A stretch of DNA of 64,000 bases from a virus. Every line of letters begins with the position of its first letter. Within the stretch, counting starts at the first letter, position 1. Of the stretch, positions 10,115 through 20,477 are shown in pieces. The stretch covers positions 83,748-147,747 of the IMG/VR virus record IMGVR_UViG_3300028840_004475. The stretch is one strand, 5' to 3'. A program made the position numbers and the translations under genes. A model generated the notes under the pieces. It had not been told where the DNA came from. It did not search any database and saw nothing but the letters and a program-made list of their open reading frames with translations.

Positions 10115-10437
10115 ACGGCACCCTGCAGAACTTCGAACTTGCTCTTGAAGGCTTTCCAGACCTGGCCGACGAAGCCACCGAGGAGGATACCGACCACGAT
10201 CTTGAGACCGATGGTCGGCTCCGGTGTGCCCTCTGGGACCTGTGCCAATATCACGCCAGGGATCCATGCAGCGACAGCGCACAGGACCATTGGCAGATAC
10301 GGCAGCAGAATGTGCACGGGCTTGGATGTCTTCTTGACGCCAACGGCGTCGAGCGTCTTCTTGATGATCTGCAAGAGAACCGCCACTGCGCCCATGAGGG
10401 CGAAGTGCTGCCAGATCAGCAGGGCGTCAAAGGACAT
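10111..10437 (-). CDS. Holin
   Basis: 108 aa, three hydrophobic helices, basic C-terminus. Confidence 0.7.
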   Translation of the reverse strand: MSFDALLIWQHFALMGAVAVLLQIIKKTLDAVGVKKTSKPVHILLPYLPMVLCAVAAWIPGVILAQVPEGTPEPTIGLKIVVGILLGGFVGQVWKAFKSKFEVLQGAV

Positions 10438-10446
10438 GTCAGCCTC

Positions 10447-10788
10447 CTAGAAGTTGGCGATCAGGGAGTTGATGTTCCTGTACTCCTCGAGCACCATCTT
10501 CGCGTTGACGGTCCAGTTCTCTCTGTCGACGTTGTTGTAGTACTCGAAGATCGTGCGCCTGGTGACGTTCTCCCCGTCGAAGCAGAAAGCGACCACGGTC
10601 TTCCTCGAGTTGGCGAGCTGAACTCGCTCGAGGCCACGGAATCTGAATCCGCGCGCCTTGAGGAAGGCTGCGATGTGCTTGTCCTTGGTGCGGAAGAAGC
10701 CGGCGATTGCGGCTTCCTGATCGGCGGGTTCGATGTCTTCCAGGTGATACTCTCTATCGAGCACCTTTTCTGTTCTTATATGCTCCAT
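10447..10788 (-). CDS. Small phage protein (DUF5659-like)
   Basis: TKDKHIAAFLKARG motif. Confidence 0.5.
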   Translation of the reverse strand: MEHIRTEKVLDREYHLEDIEPADQEAAIAGFFRTKDKHIAAFLKARGFRFRGLERVQLANSRKTVVAFCFDGENVTRRTIFEYYNNVDRENWTVNAKMVLEEYRNINSLIANF

Positions 10789-10800
10789 GTCGCATCCCGA

Positions 10801-11199
10801 TCAGTCTTGCGGACGCGGCTTGGGCTTGCGGGACGGCTTGCGGGACGGCTTGGGCTCGTCCTGCTCAACCGGTGGCTCGACAACTGGTGGCTTGGGCTTG
10901 TCCTGCTCAACCGGCGGCTCGACGGTCGGCGCCGAGGGCTTGGGTGCTGGTGCCGAAGCCGGCTCATCGCCAGCCTCCATAACCGCTTTGAGTTCCGCGA
11001 GCGAACCGCCCTTCAGGATGCAGACTGGAGTCTTCGCGCCGTTGAGCACGAAGTCGTCACCGTCCTCGAGTGCCTGGACCATCCGTGGATGGATCCTGTC
11101 GCCCTCGAACTCCTGCCCCTGCGTACAGGTGACGTAGCCCTTGATGTACCAGCCGTGGAGATTCACCTTGACGGTGAAATCTGAAAGCTTCTTCGCCAT
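10801..11199 (-). CDS. Protein with Pro-rich repetitive tail
   Basis: VEPPVEQD x2 and PSRK x2; follows the capsid gene. Confidence 0.55.
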   Translation of the reverse strand: MAKKLSDFTVKVNLHGWYIKGYVTCTQGQEFEGDRIHPRMVQALEDGDDFVLNGAKTPVCILKGGSLAELKAVMEAGDEPASAPAPKPSAPTVEPPVEQDKPKPPVVEPPVEQDEPKPSRKPSRKPKPRPQD

Positions 11200-11237
11200 G
11201 ACTCTCTCTCCTCTCGGGTTTTATAGTTTGATGAAGG

Positions 11238-11266
11238 AAAGCCCTGGGGGCCGAAGCCCCCAGGGC
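11238..11266 (-). terminator. Intrinsic terminator after the major capsid gene
   Basis: Minus strand GCCCTGGGGGC-TTCG-GCCCCCAGGGC followed by TTT. Confidence 0.8.
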
Positions 11267-11292
11267 ACCCTTACATCACTGCCAGACGGCCG

Positions 11293-12549
11293 CTAGGTGA
11301 TGGGCGTCGCCACCACGTTGGTCGTCGTGTGGTACAGAACCGGCAGACCCGAGACGCCAGCGATGATCGCGACGTGCGGCGGATCGTCGTCTTCCTTGTT
11401 GAGCACCTTGCTGAACAGACCCGGACGCGGAGCCATGATGCCACCCGGCCCGTAGACGTGCTGGGTGCTGATGAACTCTGCGAACTCGGGGCCACCGGTG
11501 GTGCCCTGAGGGATGCTCCCGCGGATGATGAACTTGTTGTCCGGCAGGAACTGCTTCTTGACCCGCACCTCGGAGCCGACCGGGAAGGTCGCGGTGCTGG
11601 TCAGGGCGGTCACCGTCAGCACGTTGCCGACGATGTTGGTGATGTCGGTGCGGTCGCGTCCGCTGAACTCACCGTTCTTGTGCACGAGCGTGATGAAGTC
11701 GCCGATCTCCATGCCGGAGGCGTCGTCGACCGTGATCGACGTGGCACCAGCAGTGACCTGGTTGAGCGTGCCAGCCACGAGCCAGTAGCCCTTGTCGTAG
11801 ACGCGGGGTTCGAGGCCGGTGTAGGCGTTGAAGATCATGCGGATGTTGTCGCGGCTCAGCATGGCCGGGGTGCTCTGCCCGACGAACAGCGAGTCCCTGA
11901 GGTCCCGCATGGTGTCGTTCAGGAGGAGCACCTTCTCCATGTGACCGTTGTAGATCATGTAGGCCGGGTCCGGGCCCTCGTCACGGTACATCTCGAGCCA
12001 GTCGAGGATGTCGCTCAGGGGGTCGGTCGAGGCCTGGTCCCACCGGTTGACGCCGGTGAGGGTCGGCGTGAAGCGCGCCGGGATGTGGTAGTCGATGGTG
12101 TACTGGATGTCCTTCTGGTTGATCGCCAGAGAACCCATGACCATCTGCCACTTCGACCACTCCAGCCGGTTCTCAATGCGCATGCGGAGCTGACCGACGA
12201 TGTCGTTCACGATCCGCTGTGCGTTCTCGAACTCGCCGATGGTGCCGATGCGGCGCAGCGCGACAGTGTCCTTCTCGCTGAGAAGAACCTTCTCACGCCA
12301 GTGCGCCGGCTCGAACACCCACTGGTGCAGTCCGCGCTTCTCGATGATGGGCGACTCGGCGCCCTCTGCGGCGGCCATGGTCATGCCGCCCATGCGTTGA
12401 CGGACGTCCACCCTGACCTCGCGACCTTCCTGTGTCCTGAAAGGCACTTCGCTGGTCAGGTAAAAGGACTCCTGATCCGGGGTGATGTTGTCCAGAACCT
12501 TGCTGATGTACTTGGCCTGGAGCAACGGGTGGTTCGAAAGACCGTCCAT
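11293..12549 (-). CDS. Major capsid protein (lambda gpE-like, HK97 fold)
   Basis: RIENRLEW..WQM, DPLSDI..W and VYDKGY motifs; follows decoration and scaffold genes; strong GC3 bias. Confidence 0.88.
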   Translation of the reverse strand: MDGLSNHPLLQAKYISKVLDNITPDQESFYLTSEVPFRTQEGREVRVDVRQRMGGMTMAAAEGAESPIIEKRGLHQWVFEPAHWREKVLLSEKDTVALRRIGTIGEFENAQRIVNDIVGQLRMRIENRLEWSKWQMVMGSLAINQKDIQYTIDYHIPARFTPTLTGVNRWDQASTDPLSDILDWLEMYRDEGPDPAYMIYNGHMEKVLLLNDTMRDLRDSLFVGQSTPAMLSRDNIRMIFNAYTGLEPRVYDKGYWLVAGTLNQVTAGATSITVDDASGMEIGDFITLVHKNGEFSGRDRTDITNIVGNVLTVTALTSTATFPVGSEVRVKKQFLPDNKFIIRGSIPQGTTGGPEFAEFISTQHVYGPGGIMAPRPGLFSKVLNKEDDDPPHVAIIAGVSGLPVLYHTTTNVVATPIT

Positions 12550-12620
12550 TTCTTGACTCCTTCTTGATGGTGACTACGGAGCCACCAACTCGTTCATCGC
12601 GCGCCTTTTGCTCCAGGCTA

Positions 12621-13022
12621 CTATGGCGCGTTCTCCAGGATGCGAATGCGCTGGCAGTTCGCCGCCGTGAAGTGCGTCAGCGTCGTGCCGCTGTCATCGA
12701 ACAGCACACCTTCCTTGAAGGTGCCCACGAAGTAGGCCTTGGCGACCTGGTTGCCGTCGTCGATGCCGAAGATGTTCTCGGCGAGGACCACGACTTCTGC
12801 GGAACCGGCCGCACCTGCGTCCAGCTCCGTGTAGCGTCCGCCGACACCGGCATCGGGAACCAGCATGAGGCCCCGGCGCAGGTCGGTCGTGGCGCCTGTG
12901 TGGGTTGTGTCAACGCACGACGAATCGATGGTGATTGCGTGCTCTTCGAACTGATCGGATGCGAGGATCTCGTGGACGAAGCCAGTGCCTTCCTCGTCGA
13001 CCTTGTAACCGTACAGAGCCAT
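12621..13022 (-). CDS. Head decoration protein (gpD-like)
   Basis: Size and position between scaffold and capsid genes. Confidence 0.7.
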   Translation of the reverse strand: MALYGYKVDEEGTGFVHEILASDQFEEHAITIDSSCVDTTHTGATTDLRRGLMLVPDAGVGGRYTELDAGAAGSAEVVVLAENIFGIDDGNQVAKAYFVGTFKEGVLFDDSGTTLTHFTAANCQRIRILENAP

Positions 13023-13091
13023 CCTTGTCCTCCTCTCGGTCGTTCTTTCAGCTCAGGCCCGGAGGCCCACTCTGTCTGTCGACCGTGGCTC

Positions 13092-15038
13092 CTACTGCTT
13101 GGTGTTGTAGCCGGCGCGCTTGGTGGCGTCGTTCACGGCCTCGTCCGACATGAAGTCGACCTCGGTACCGTCGTCCAGCTTCACCTTGCCGTTGTCGCCG
13201 TCCTTCTTGTCGTTGTCCGGCGGTGTGTCGTTACCCTCGCCGATCAGCTCCTCGCTGAGGTTGACGCGGGCGTCCTCGGGCATGCTGTCGAAGATGCGCT
13301 TGACAGCGTCCATCAGGCTGATGGAGACGTCCTTGTCATCCTCGGACAGGGTGATGGTGGTCCCGGTCTCGACGTCGGCCAGGAGGATCTTCTTCGCCTC
13401 CTCGACCACGGCCGGGTAGTGCTTATCGGCGACCAGCTTGTCGCAGAAGATCTGGACGTCCTGCACCTTCTTCTGGGTGCGGATCTCGGCCAGCTCCTTG
13501 GTCGCGGCCTCGGCCTGCTCGGCCAGGTTCTTGGCCCGCTCCTCGTTCTCCTGCGCCTTCTGCTCCTGCGCAGCGATGCGGTCCTCGAACTTCTTCTCGA
13601 TCTCGCTGGTGCGCTCGTCGATGGCGGCCTGCATGGCCTCCTGCGCCTTCTCCAGCGTCGAAAGCTGCTCGCTGAGCATCTTCGACTGCTCGGAGTCGGC
13701 ACCGATCTCGCTCAGCTGCTTGCGCAGATCTGCGATCTGGGCTTCGATGTCCATGTTGTTGACTCCTTGTTCGTCAGCGGCCACACGGTCACGCCGGCTC
13801 TCCAATAGAGCACGCGCGTGGGCCTCGAGATGTCGTCTTGCCCCCGCCAGTTCCTCTTGAGAGAAGCCCTCCACTTGATCCGCACGCGCCAGGGCGTTCC
13901 GAAGGCGACCCAGATCTATTGAGTCGTTCTCGGTGGCACTTTTCACTTGCGGGCCATGGTGAGGCAACGACCGCTTGGCGGCGTCACCATCTGCGTTCTT
14001 CTTCACGAGAGCGAACGCGGCGTCGGGCAACTGGCTGTCGGGTGGTCTCTTCTGCTCCGCTTGGGCGAAGCTTTTATCTTCTGTTTTTATAACGTCAAGC
14101 TCCCTGATCAGCTCTGACAACTCTGAGTCCTGAGTGTGTTCCTCCTCCGTTGCTGGTGTTTCTGGTTCGTCAACGTCGGCTTCGATGGCGGGCTTTCCAT
14201 CTTGGTCGGCGTTTGCAACTTCATCCTCGCTCATCAGAATGCTCTGCATCCCTGGGATGAACGGACGATTCGTCATGCCACCACCCATCACGGTGGGGCC
14301 GTAGGGCTGGTTGGTCTCTTTGTCGCGGAAGTTGTCCCGCACCTCGACGGAAAAGTACTTGAAGCGCTTGCCTTCCACCAGCTTGCGCCCCCAGTCTGTC
14401 AGCTCGACATCGCCGGTGAGAACAGGACGTCTCTTGCCGTCACGGAACTTGCGACTCGCCAGTCCCAGACGCTTCACCCAGGCAGTGGCACCCTCCTGAG
14501 GGGCATGCACTGAGTCGAAGGACAGCTCGCGCTCGATGACGTTGTTGATGAAGTTCTCGATGGCCTGTGTGAAGTACTTGCGGTCGAACTTGATGTCGCC
14601 GTACCGCGGATGCCTGAAGTTGCCAGCACGCAGCATCTCGATCGGAACCAGCTGCTCGGTGTACTCCTCGTCTTCTTCCTTCTTGTTGTGATGGGCCAGC
14701 TTGATCTTGCAGGGGCGGCTGAAGGAACCGTCTTCCGCTTCCTCGTCCTTGAAAAAGAGGCTGTAGGCGGCGTCTTCGTCCAGCTCGACAACATCGTCGT
14801 CGAACTGCATGCCGTCGACTTCCTGCAGCCTGATGAAGCCGGCATCGTCCAGGAAGGTGTCAATGTCATCGGGAAGCGAGGTGATGGTACCGAGGAAGTC
14901 GACCTCGCTATCGCCCATCTTCTGCGCTGCCTGGCAGATGGCGTAGGCAGAACTCTTGCGCTCCTTGGGATCTTGCCCTGGCCTGAAGGACTTCCTGGCC
15001 AACAAGGCCTCAACGCATCTCTCGACTTTCGGTGGCAT
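13092..15038 (-). CDS. Mu-like prohead protease fused to scaffold
   Basis: G.F.HPRYG, A.AWV, W.D.GR.LV..K.FKYFS.E and G..TNRPFI motifs; acidic coiled-coil C-terminus. Confidence 0.82.
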   Translation of the reverse strand: MPPKVERCVEALLARKSFRPGQDPKERKSSAYAICQAAQKMGDSEVDFLGTITSLPDDIDTFLDDAGFIRLQEVDGMQFDDDVVELDEDAAYSLFFKDEEAEDGSFSRPCKIKLAHHNKKEEDEEYTEQLVPIEMLRAGNFRHPRYGDIKFDRKYFTQAIENFINNVIERELSFDSVHAPQEGATAWVKRLGLASRKFRDGKRRPVLTGDVELTDWGRKLVEGKRFKYFSVEVRDNFRDKETNQPYGPTVMGGGMTNRPFIPGMQSILMSEDEVANADQDGKPAIEADVDEPETPATEEEHTQDSELSELIRELDVIKTEDKSFAQAEQKRPPDSQLPDAAFALVKKNADGDAAKRSLPHHGPQVKSATENDSIDLGRLRNALARADQVEGFSQEELAGARRHLEAHARALLESRRDRVAADEQGVNNMDIEAQIADLRKQLSEIGADSEQSKMLSEQLSTLEKAQEAMQAAIDERTSEIEKKFEDRIAAQEQKAQENEERAKNLAEQAEAATKELAEIRTQKKVQDVQIFCDKLVADKHYPAVVEEAKKILLADVETGTTITLSEDDKDVSISLMDAVKRIFDSMPEDARVNLSEELIGEGNDTPPDNDKKDGDNGKVKLDDGTEVDFMSDEAVNDATKRAGYNTKQ

Positions 15039-15046
15039 TTCTGCTC

Positions 15047-16720
15047 CTAGCGCTGGCGCTGACGACGGTCGCGCCTGGTCTCTTCTTTCCTGCGCGGTGA
15101 GTCTGCGTTGCGGTCTGTAACCTTGTCTTCACGCTCGTCATCGGTGTCGTCCGTTGCCTCATTGTCATCAGTAGGCGACGAATTTCCACCGTCGTTCCCG
15201 TCGTTTGTACCAGAATTAGCCGCGTTGGTCAAAATAGGCAAGAAGATTTTCTCGTACTCATCTCCAGGGATCTCGAGCAGCTCGGCCAGGTGCTTGATGG
15301 ACGGCACCCAGTTGGGCGGCTGGCCCTCACGGACGTTCGTGCTCGAGAACATGAGCATCCTGATGAAGACGTCCTTCAACAGCGTGCGCTTGCTGAAGTT
15401 GAGGCGCTCGATTTTGATCCGACAGGGAACCTGCTGGCTTTTCGGGAAGTTGAAGGTGACCAGATCCTTGATCAGACTCTCGTTCAGGTTGTCTTCAATC
15501 ATCTGAATGAGTGCTTCCTCATTCAGAAGGTGAACGTCGAAGTGCGACTCCGCGGTCGCGTTGGTGGTGGAACCCTCGGCGATGCCGGTCTTGTCCGGCA
15601 GGTAGAGGGCCCTGGCCTTCATAGTGTTCAGGAACTGCAGCACGGACACGAACATTTCACCGCGCTGGCTGTCCTCGAGGATGTTGATATCCCACAGCTC
15701 TTTGCCTGAGGCCTTGTCGTACTGGCTGGGGATGACGACGTTGGAGTTGGACAGCAGCTGCTCCGTGCAGGAGAGCATGTAGTCCATGTTGTCGATCTTG
15801 GTCTCACCATCCGTCTTGACGGCCTGACCGAACGGGGCCTTCCCGACAGTGGCCGGCGCGCCCTTGCGCTCGAGGTAGCGTAGCAGGAACTGGATGATGA
15901 TCTGGCTCCAGTACCACGGCTGATAGGCCGCTTTGTACCTGGAATTGCCGAAGAAATTGCCGAACTCTGCCTCTGGTGCGAACCAGATGCACTTCTTGAA
16001 TCTGACCGGGCGCCTGGGCGTACGAGTGGTGTTGATGTACTCGTCCGTCTGCTTGACGAACTTGATCAGCTCGCTCTTCGGGTCGCGAACGATCACGATG
16101 GAGGATGGGTGAGGGAACTTGACCCTCGACACCACGTAGGCCTCACGATCGAAGACGACTCGACGCTTGCCACCTTCCTCGGTCTTGTCGATGCGCAGGT
16201 GCTGCAGCTCGTAGACCTTCTCGCCGACGGAGAAGCCATACTGGATCGCGCGCAGCATGCCCTTCACAGTGGGCCGGTAGATCTTGTTGATGGCCTCTTG
16301 GACGAAGGCGCCGATGGTCTCATCGGAGCAATCGATCCTGTAGTTCTGGGCCAGGATCTCCAGCTCGATGAAGGCAGTCGCCAGGGCGATCTGCGGATCA
16401 AGACGCATCTTCTCGTAGATGTGGAACGGAATGTGGTCCGGGTTGTACTCTTCTAGACCAGCTAAGCTCTGGGAAATCTGCATCAAATTCGGGTTGTCAT
16501 ACCCGAGCGATGCCTTTCCGAGCTTGCGAGGACCGACCATGGCATCGACGAAGACGCGGGCGGCCATCTTGTACTCAGAGCGCGGCATCCCACGCTCGAA
16601 CATGTCCAGGACGCCTCTTGCCACCGGGGGAAGCTCGGCTAGCTCCTCAGACCTCGGCATTGGAATCCGATGCACCGCAGCTTGCTGTTGCATCCTGTTC
16701 TCCCGGGCTAGCCGTACCAC
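15047..16720 (-). CDS. Portal protein (DUF935/Mu gp29-like)
   Basis: YEKM..DPQI, YGFSVGEKVY and FLERKGAP-like motifs; follows the terminase. Confidence 0.85.
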   Translation of the reverse strand: MVRLARENRMQQQAAVHRIPMPRSEELAELPPVARGVLDMFERGMPRSEYKMAARVFVDAMVGPRKLGKASLGYDNPNLMQISQSLAGLEEYNPDHIPFHIYEKMRLDPQIALATAFIELEILAQNYRIDCSDETIGAFVQEAINKIYRPTVKGMLRAIQYGFSVGEKVYELQHLRIDKTEEGGKRRVVFDREAYVVSRVKFPHPSSIVIVRDPKSELIKFVKQTDEYINTTRTPRRPVRFKKCIWFAPEAEFGNFFGNSRYKAAYQPWYWSQIIIQFLLRYLERKGAPATVGKAPFGQAVKTDGETKIDNMDYMLSCTEQLLSNSNVVIPSQYDKASGKELWDINILEDSQRGEMFVSVLQFLNTMKARALYLPDKTGIAEGSTTNATAESHFDVHLLNEEALIQMIEDNLNESLIKDLVTFNFPKSQQVPCRIKIERLNFSKRTLLKDVFIRMLMFSSTNVREGQPPNWVPSIKHLAELLEIPGDEYEKIFLPILTNAANSGTNDGNDGGNSSPTDDNEATDDTDDEREDKVTDRNADSPRRKEETRRDRRQRQR

Positions 16721-18678
16721 TTGCTGTCGAAGAATACGTTACTCATCGCATTTTTGGCAACTTTGTTGGCAAATAACTTGCCTACTTTGCGTGGCGTGGC
16801 GATTGTAGGCACATACGGCGTGGACTTGACTGCCTTCTGGGCGTCGATCACACGACGTATATCTTTGGAATCAGTGAAAATTCTTTGGCCAGCAGCTCGC
16901 ACGATCGATGCAGCAAGCGCCGTGCGATCGTACTGATCTCCGCAGCTCACGGCGAGGGCCTTTGCCCAGAACTTGTCGCCGTGGTGCTTCTTGGTACCTA
17001 TCGACTGGAACCTGACCTGCGAGCCCTCGGTCACAGAGCGCTGAATGCTGTGGATCTGCTTGACCGATTCGGCGTCGTTCAGGATGGCGACGGTCCTGTC
17101 CTCGAGCCTCATCCTGAAGGTCTGTGCCAGCTCTTTCTTGTTCTCGATGTTGAAGTCGATCTCTTCAACGATGCTCGGGTCGTAGGCCTTCAAGTTCTCG
17201 GCGATGTTCATGCCGATACCGGTCGAGTCGACCCTGATCTTCTTGGGATGCAGTCTGTCGATCAAGTACTTGAGAACGGCTTCCTGCGTCTTGAACTTGA
17301 TCGCATGCAGCTCAATCGACAGACGCTCAACAAGCAAGTTGATGCCGCGGATCTCAATCTGCTCGAAGATGGAGATCTCTGTGGAGTCACGAACACGGCC
17401 GATATCGACACCGACCACCAGTTGACGACCGAAACCGCCGGCAGCCATGGCCACGTAGAGACCATCGATCATGTCGATGGCTGCAGCGTGAGCCTCATCA
17501 TCACTGTGGCTCTCACTCGAGATCCTTTTCGGCCTGCAGTACCAGACGATCTTTTCTGACTCGTAGAACCTCATGATCGTTTCTGAACGAACCATGTGGC
17601 CGCTGTCGTCTTCGACGTCCTCCCAGGATGGAACGATCTCTTCTGGATCGATGTTGTCCTCGAGGAGGTGCATCGACTCGTCTTCGAAGACACAGCTGCG
17701 GATGAGGCTCAACGGGTAGTAGGAAACGCTCTCGTCTGCGTAGTAAAGTTCGTACTCCTGGCGGAACAGGTCGAAGTCCATGGCACCGAAGATCAATTCC
17801 AGCTTGTCGGTGCCGAACTTCTTGATCCGCTCCTCTGTCTCCATTTCTGGAGCCAACTTCCTCGCAAGCTCGATGTTGTTGCAGAGGGCAGGGCAGTCCC
17901 ACCAGAAGATCTGCATGCGGGAGAACATCCAGTACTTGGTGCGGTTGACACCAATGTCGTAGTGCATGCTCCCCTTGCCAAGGGGCGTTGACGCGACCGT
18001 CAGGACACCACTGCCTCGAGTCAGGACAGGAACCGCGGCCGTGTAGATGGCCTCGGGCCACGTCATGTGGGCGAACTCGTCGAGGTAGATGTCGGTGTTG
18101 TAGCCCTTACCACGAGGCTGTCTCTGCGCGAAGCTCAGGATACGAGAGAGCTTACCGTTGTGCTCGAACTCGAGTGACTGCTTGTTGTCAACGATGAGCT
18201 TCTTCTGGAACTCGGTCGGCATCGAGTCATAGAGAGCCCGCGCGAAGCGGATCTTCTCCATGGCCTCTTCGTGATTGTACGAGATGAAGATGGATGTCTG
18301 GACCGGTTTCAGATGTGTCTTGCTCAGGGACTCCAAGGCGAAGGTGTAGCTGATTCCGATCTGCCGTGCCTTGTCCCTGTGGCGCATCATGGCGTGATCG
18401 AGCATGTGCGCGATCTGGTAGTCGTAGATGATGGTGGGCTTGCCGTCGATGTCGTTGGTGACACCCTGGATGAAACCAGGGATCGTCGATGCCCACTTCT
18501 TCATGTCCTCGAGGTCAGGCTCCCTCTTGACGATGATGCGCGTGTTGGGCGGACGCGTCCCAAGAGGCTTGGGGTACCTCTTCATCGGCTCGTTATTGGG
18601 AGCCCCTTCGTAGGGCCCCTTCTCACTGACAGCCGTTTCGGCCTGGGCGACCTCCCCGGCGGCTGTCGATATGAACAT
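16708..18678 (-). CDS. terL: Terminase large subunit
   Basis: KARQIGIS Walker A, IYLDEFAH Walker B, ASTP, FRQEY, GVDIG nuclease motif, HGDKFWA. Confidence 0.93.
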   Translation of the reverse strand: MFISTAAGEVAQAETAVSEKGPYEGAPNNEPMKRYPKPLGTRPPNTRIIVKREPDLEDMKKWASTIPGFIQGVTNDIDGKPTIIYDYQIAHMLDHAMMRHRDKARQIGISYTFALESLSKTHLKPVQTSIFISYNHEEAMEKIRFARALYDSMPTEFQKKLIVDNKQSLEFEHNGKLSRILSFAQRQPRGKGYNTDIYLDEFAHMTWPEAIYTAAVPVLTRGSGVLTVASTPLGKGSMHYDIGVNRTKYWMFSRMQIFWWDCPALCNNIELARKLAPEMETEERIKKFGTDKLELIFGAMDFDLFRQEYELYYADESVSYYPLSLIRSCVFEDESMHLLEDNIDPEEIVPSWEDVEDDSGHMVRSETIMRFYESEKIVWYCRPKRISSESHSDDEAHAAAIDMIDGLYVAMAAGGFGRQLVVGVDIGRVRDSTEISIFEQIEIRGINLLVERLSIELHAIKFKTQEAVLKYLIDRLHPKKIRVDSTGIGMNIAENLKAYDPSIVEEIDFNIENKKELAQTFRMRLEDRTVAILNDAESVKQIHSIQRSVTEGSQVRFQSIGTKKHHGDKFWAKALAVSCGDQYDRTALAASIVRAAGQRIFTDSKDIRRVIDAQKAVKSTPYVPTIATPRKVGKLFANKVAKNAMSNVFFDSKWYG

Positions 18679-18693
18679 GGTGGGTAGGGCCCG

Positions 18694-19014
18694 TTAGCGG
18701 GAGGTGAAGTACTTGCGCGCCCCCGGTTTCTTCTGACCCACGATGCTCTGGTGCTTTCGGTTCATGACCGGATTGCGCCGCAGTTCGGAGCCAGCCGACA
18801 CACCCTTGGACACCGTGGGCTCGGCTGCCTTCTTGGCCGGTGCCGATTCCACGACCGGATCTGGTCGGGATTCCTCGAGAGGTGTCGACTCCTCCTCCAT
18901 GGTCATGGCCTCGTCCTCGTCCTTCTCCGGCTTGTCGCGAGAGAGGAGCTTTGAGAACGCGCTCCGAGACTTCTCTTTCTTGGGGGCCGCTTCCTTGCTG
19001 GTCTCGTCAGGCAT
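18694..19014 (-). CDS. Hypothetical protein
   Basis: Lies between the terminase genes. Confidence 0.5.
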   Translation of the reverse strand: MPDETSKEAAPKKEKSRSAFSKLLSRDKPEKDEDEAMTMEEESTPLEESRPDPVVESAPAKKAAEPTVSKGVSAGSELRRNPVMNRKHQSIVGQKKPGARKYFTSR

Positions 19015-19513
19015 TTGCCTTCTCCTTCTTGATGGGTGCCTCGATGAGCTTCAGTTCTGGTCTGCCTTCGACTTCTTCTTTGGCTGGACCTGCTTCCTGC
19101 AACTGCGCGAAGCGTCCCATGAGGTCGTCTAGGACGTGCTTGTGTTCGGTCCTGTCAGTGGCTTGGCCATCATCCAGGCGGTTCTCGAAGTTCACATCGC
19201 GGACTGTACGTAGTAGGGCACCCAAGGACATATTCTCAACGTCCTTGCCGGCCACGAGACGCTTGAAGATCTCGTCGTACATGGTCTTGGCGATGAGCTT
19301 GTTGGCAAACTGTCGGTGCTTTTTGGCATCTTGGTCCTCGAGTCGCTCGTAGACCTCCTCGACCAATGCCCGGAATTTCGGGTGCTTCAACCACCGTTTG
19401 ATGGTTCGCACACTGACGCCTACATGCTTCGCAACGACAGCTTCATCCATCTGGCACGCAACCAGTAGGTAGATTGCTTTCCGCTGCTGCAGTTTTAGGT
19501 CTGTCTTATGCAT
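19007..19513 (-). CDS. Probable terminase small subunit (HTH)
   Basis: VAKHVGVSVRTIKRW helix-turn-helix upstream of terL. Confidence 0.7.
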   Translation of the reverse strand: MHKTDLKLQQRKAIYLLVACQMDEAVVAKHVGVSVRTIKRWLKHPKFRALVEEVYERLEDQDAKKHRQFANKLIAKTMYDEIFKRLVAGKDVENMSLGALLRTVRDVNFENRLDDGQATDRTEHKHVLDDLMGRFAQLQEAGPAKEEVEGRPELKLIEAPIKKEKANA

Positions 19514-19543
19514 AGCTTGCTAAGATTAGTCTAATTGAAGCAC

Positions 19544-19575
19544 CTAGACAAGGCAAGTTCTCGCAGTGGTACATA
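19544..19575 (+). promoter_or_regulatory. CTAG-N22-TACATA promoter-like motif
   Basis: Same spacing as the repeated minus-strand motif; upstream of the exonuclease. Confidence 0.55.
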
Positions 19576-19595
19576 TGGTTGACAGGGAAACGACC

Positions 19596-20477
19596 ATGCC
19601 GACTGAACTGTTGATCGATGCCAACTCTGCCGCGTACCGGATGCTGTTCGCGGGCGACATCATTGCCGTGCAGCACCGCGGCAACAAGATCCTCACCGGG
19701 ATACCACATGGGGTCCTGGCGGCCGTCGCTTCGATGCGCAGCAGAAATAGGTTCGACCGCATCAGCATCTTTTGGGATGGTGGTATCTCAGAGAAGAAGA
19801 AGATCTATCCAGAGTACAAAAAGAATAGGAAAAACGAGCACAAGGACTTCACGCGCGAGGACATCGTCAACTCCACGGGGATGACGATACGGATGGCCAG
19901 GTTCGCCGGCATCCCACAGTACAGGGTGAAAGGGCAGGAAGCAGACGACATCATCGCCTCGTATGCAGCCGCTTGCGAATTGGACGTCATGATCCTGAGC
20001 AGCGATCACGACTTCTTTCAGCTCCTAGGGCCCGGCGTCAAAATGCTCAGACCAACCAGGAAAGGCCCTGAACTGTGGACGGCAGAGCGTTTCCAGAGCA
20101 AGTACGGCTACCACCCGCGCTACTATGCACACTATTTGGCATTGGTAGGCGACCCAGGCGATGGCATTCCAGGAGTCAAGGGAATCGGCAAGGTCACGGC
20201 CGACGCCATATTCTCCAAGCTGAAGAAACCAACTCTGAAAAAGATCTACAGCCAGATAGACCGACTCGGTTTGAAACCGAGAGCCGCCAGTAGTCTGCGT
20301 AATGGCAGGCCAGACGCAGCTACCTTCCTGAAGATCACGAAGTTGAGGAAAGACATAGAACTGCAACCTCTTTTTACGGATGTGAAAGACGAAAAGAAGT
20401 TGCTAGCTCTATTCAAGATGTTGAAGATGAGGTCGTTTCAGAGCGACATAGCAATGGGTTACTTGTGCAACGGATAG
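19596..20477 (+). CDS. 5'-3' exonuclease / flap endonuclease
   Basis: LIDANS, YPEYK.NR, EADD, SSDHDFFQL, GDPGDGIPGVKGIGK. Confidence 0.93.
   Translation: MPTELLIDANSAAYRMLFAGDIIAVQHRGNKILTGIPHGVLAAVASMRSRNRFDRISIFWDGGISEKKKIYPEYKKNRKNEHKDFTREDIVNSTGMTIRMARFAGIPQYRVKGQEADDIIASYAAACELDVMILSSDHDFFQLLGPGVKMLRPTRKGPELWTAERFQSKYGYHPRYYAHYLALVGDPGDGIPGVKGIGKVTADAIFSKLKKPTLKKIYSQIDRLGLKPRAASSLRNGRPDAATFLKITKLRKDIELQPLFTDVKDEKKLLALFKMLKMRSFQSDIAMGYLCNG

Noticed and set aside
2697-13808. Long plus-strand ORFs (2697..3836, 5825..7750, 11329..12567, 12564..13808)
   Set aside because: Antisense shadows of high-GC3 structural genes.
15047-18678. Transposable (Mu-like) phage lifestyle
   Set aside because: The head genes are Mu-related, but no transposase or integrase is visible in this window.
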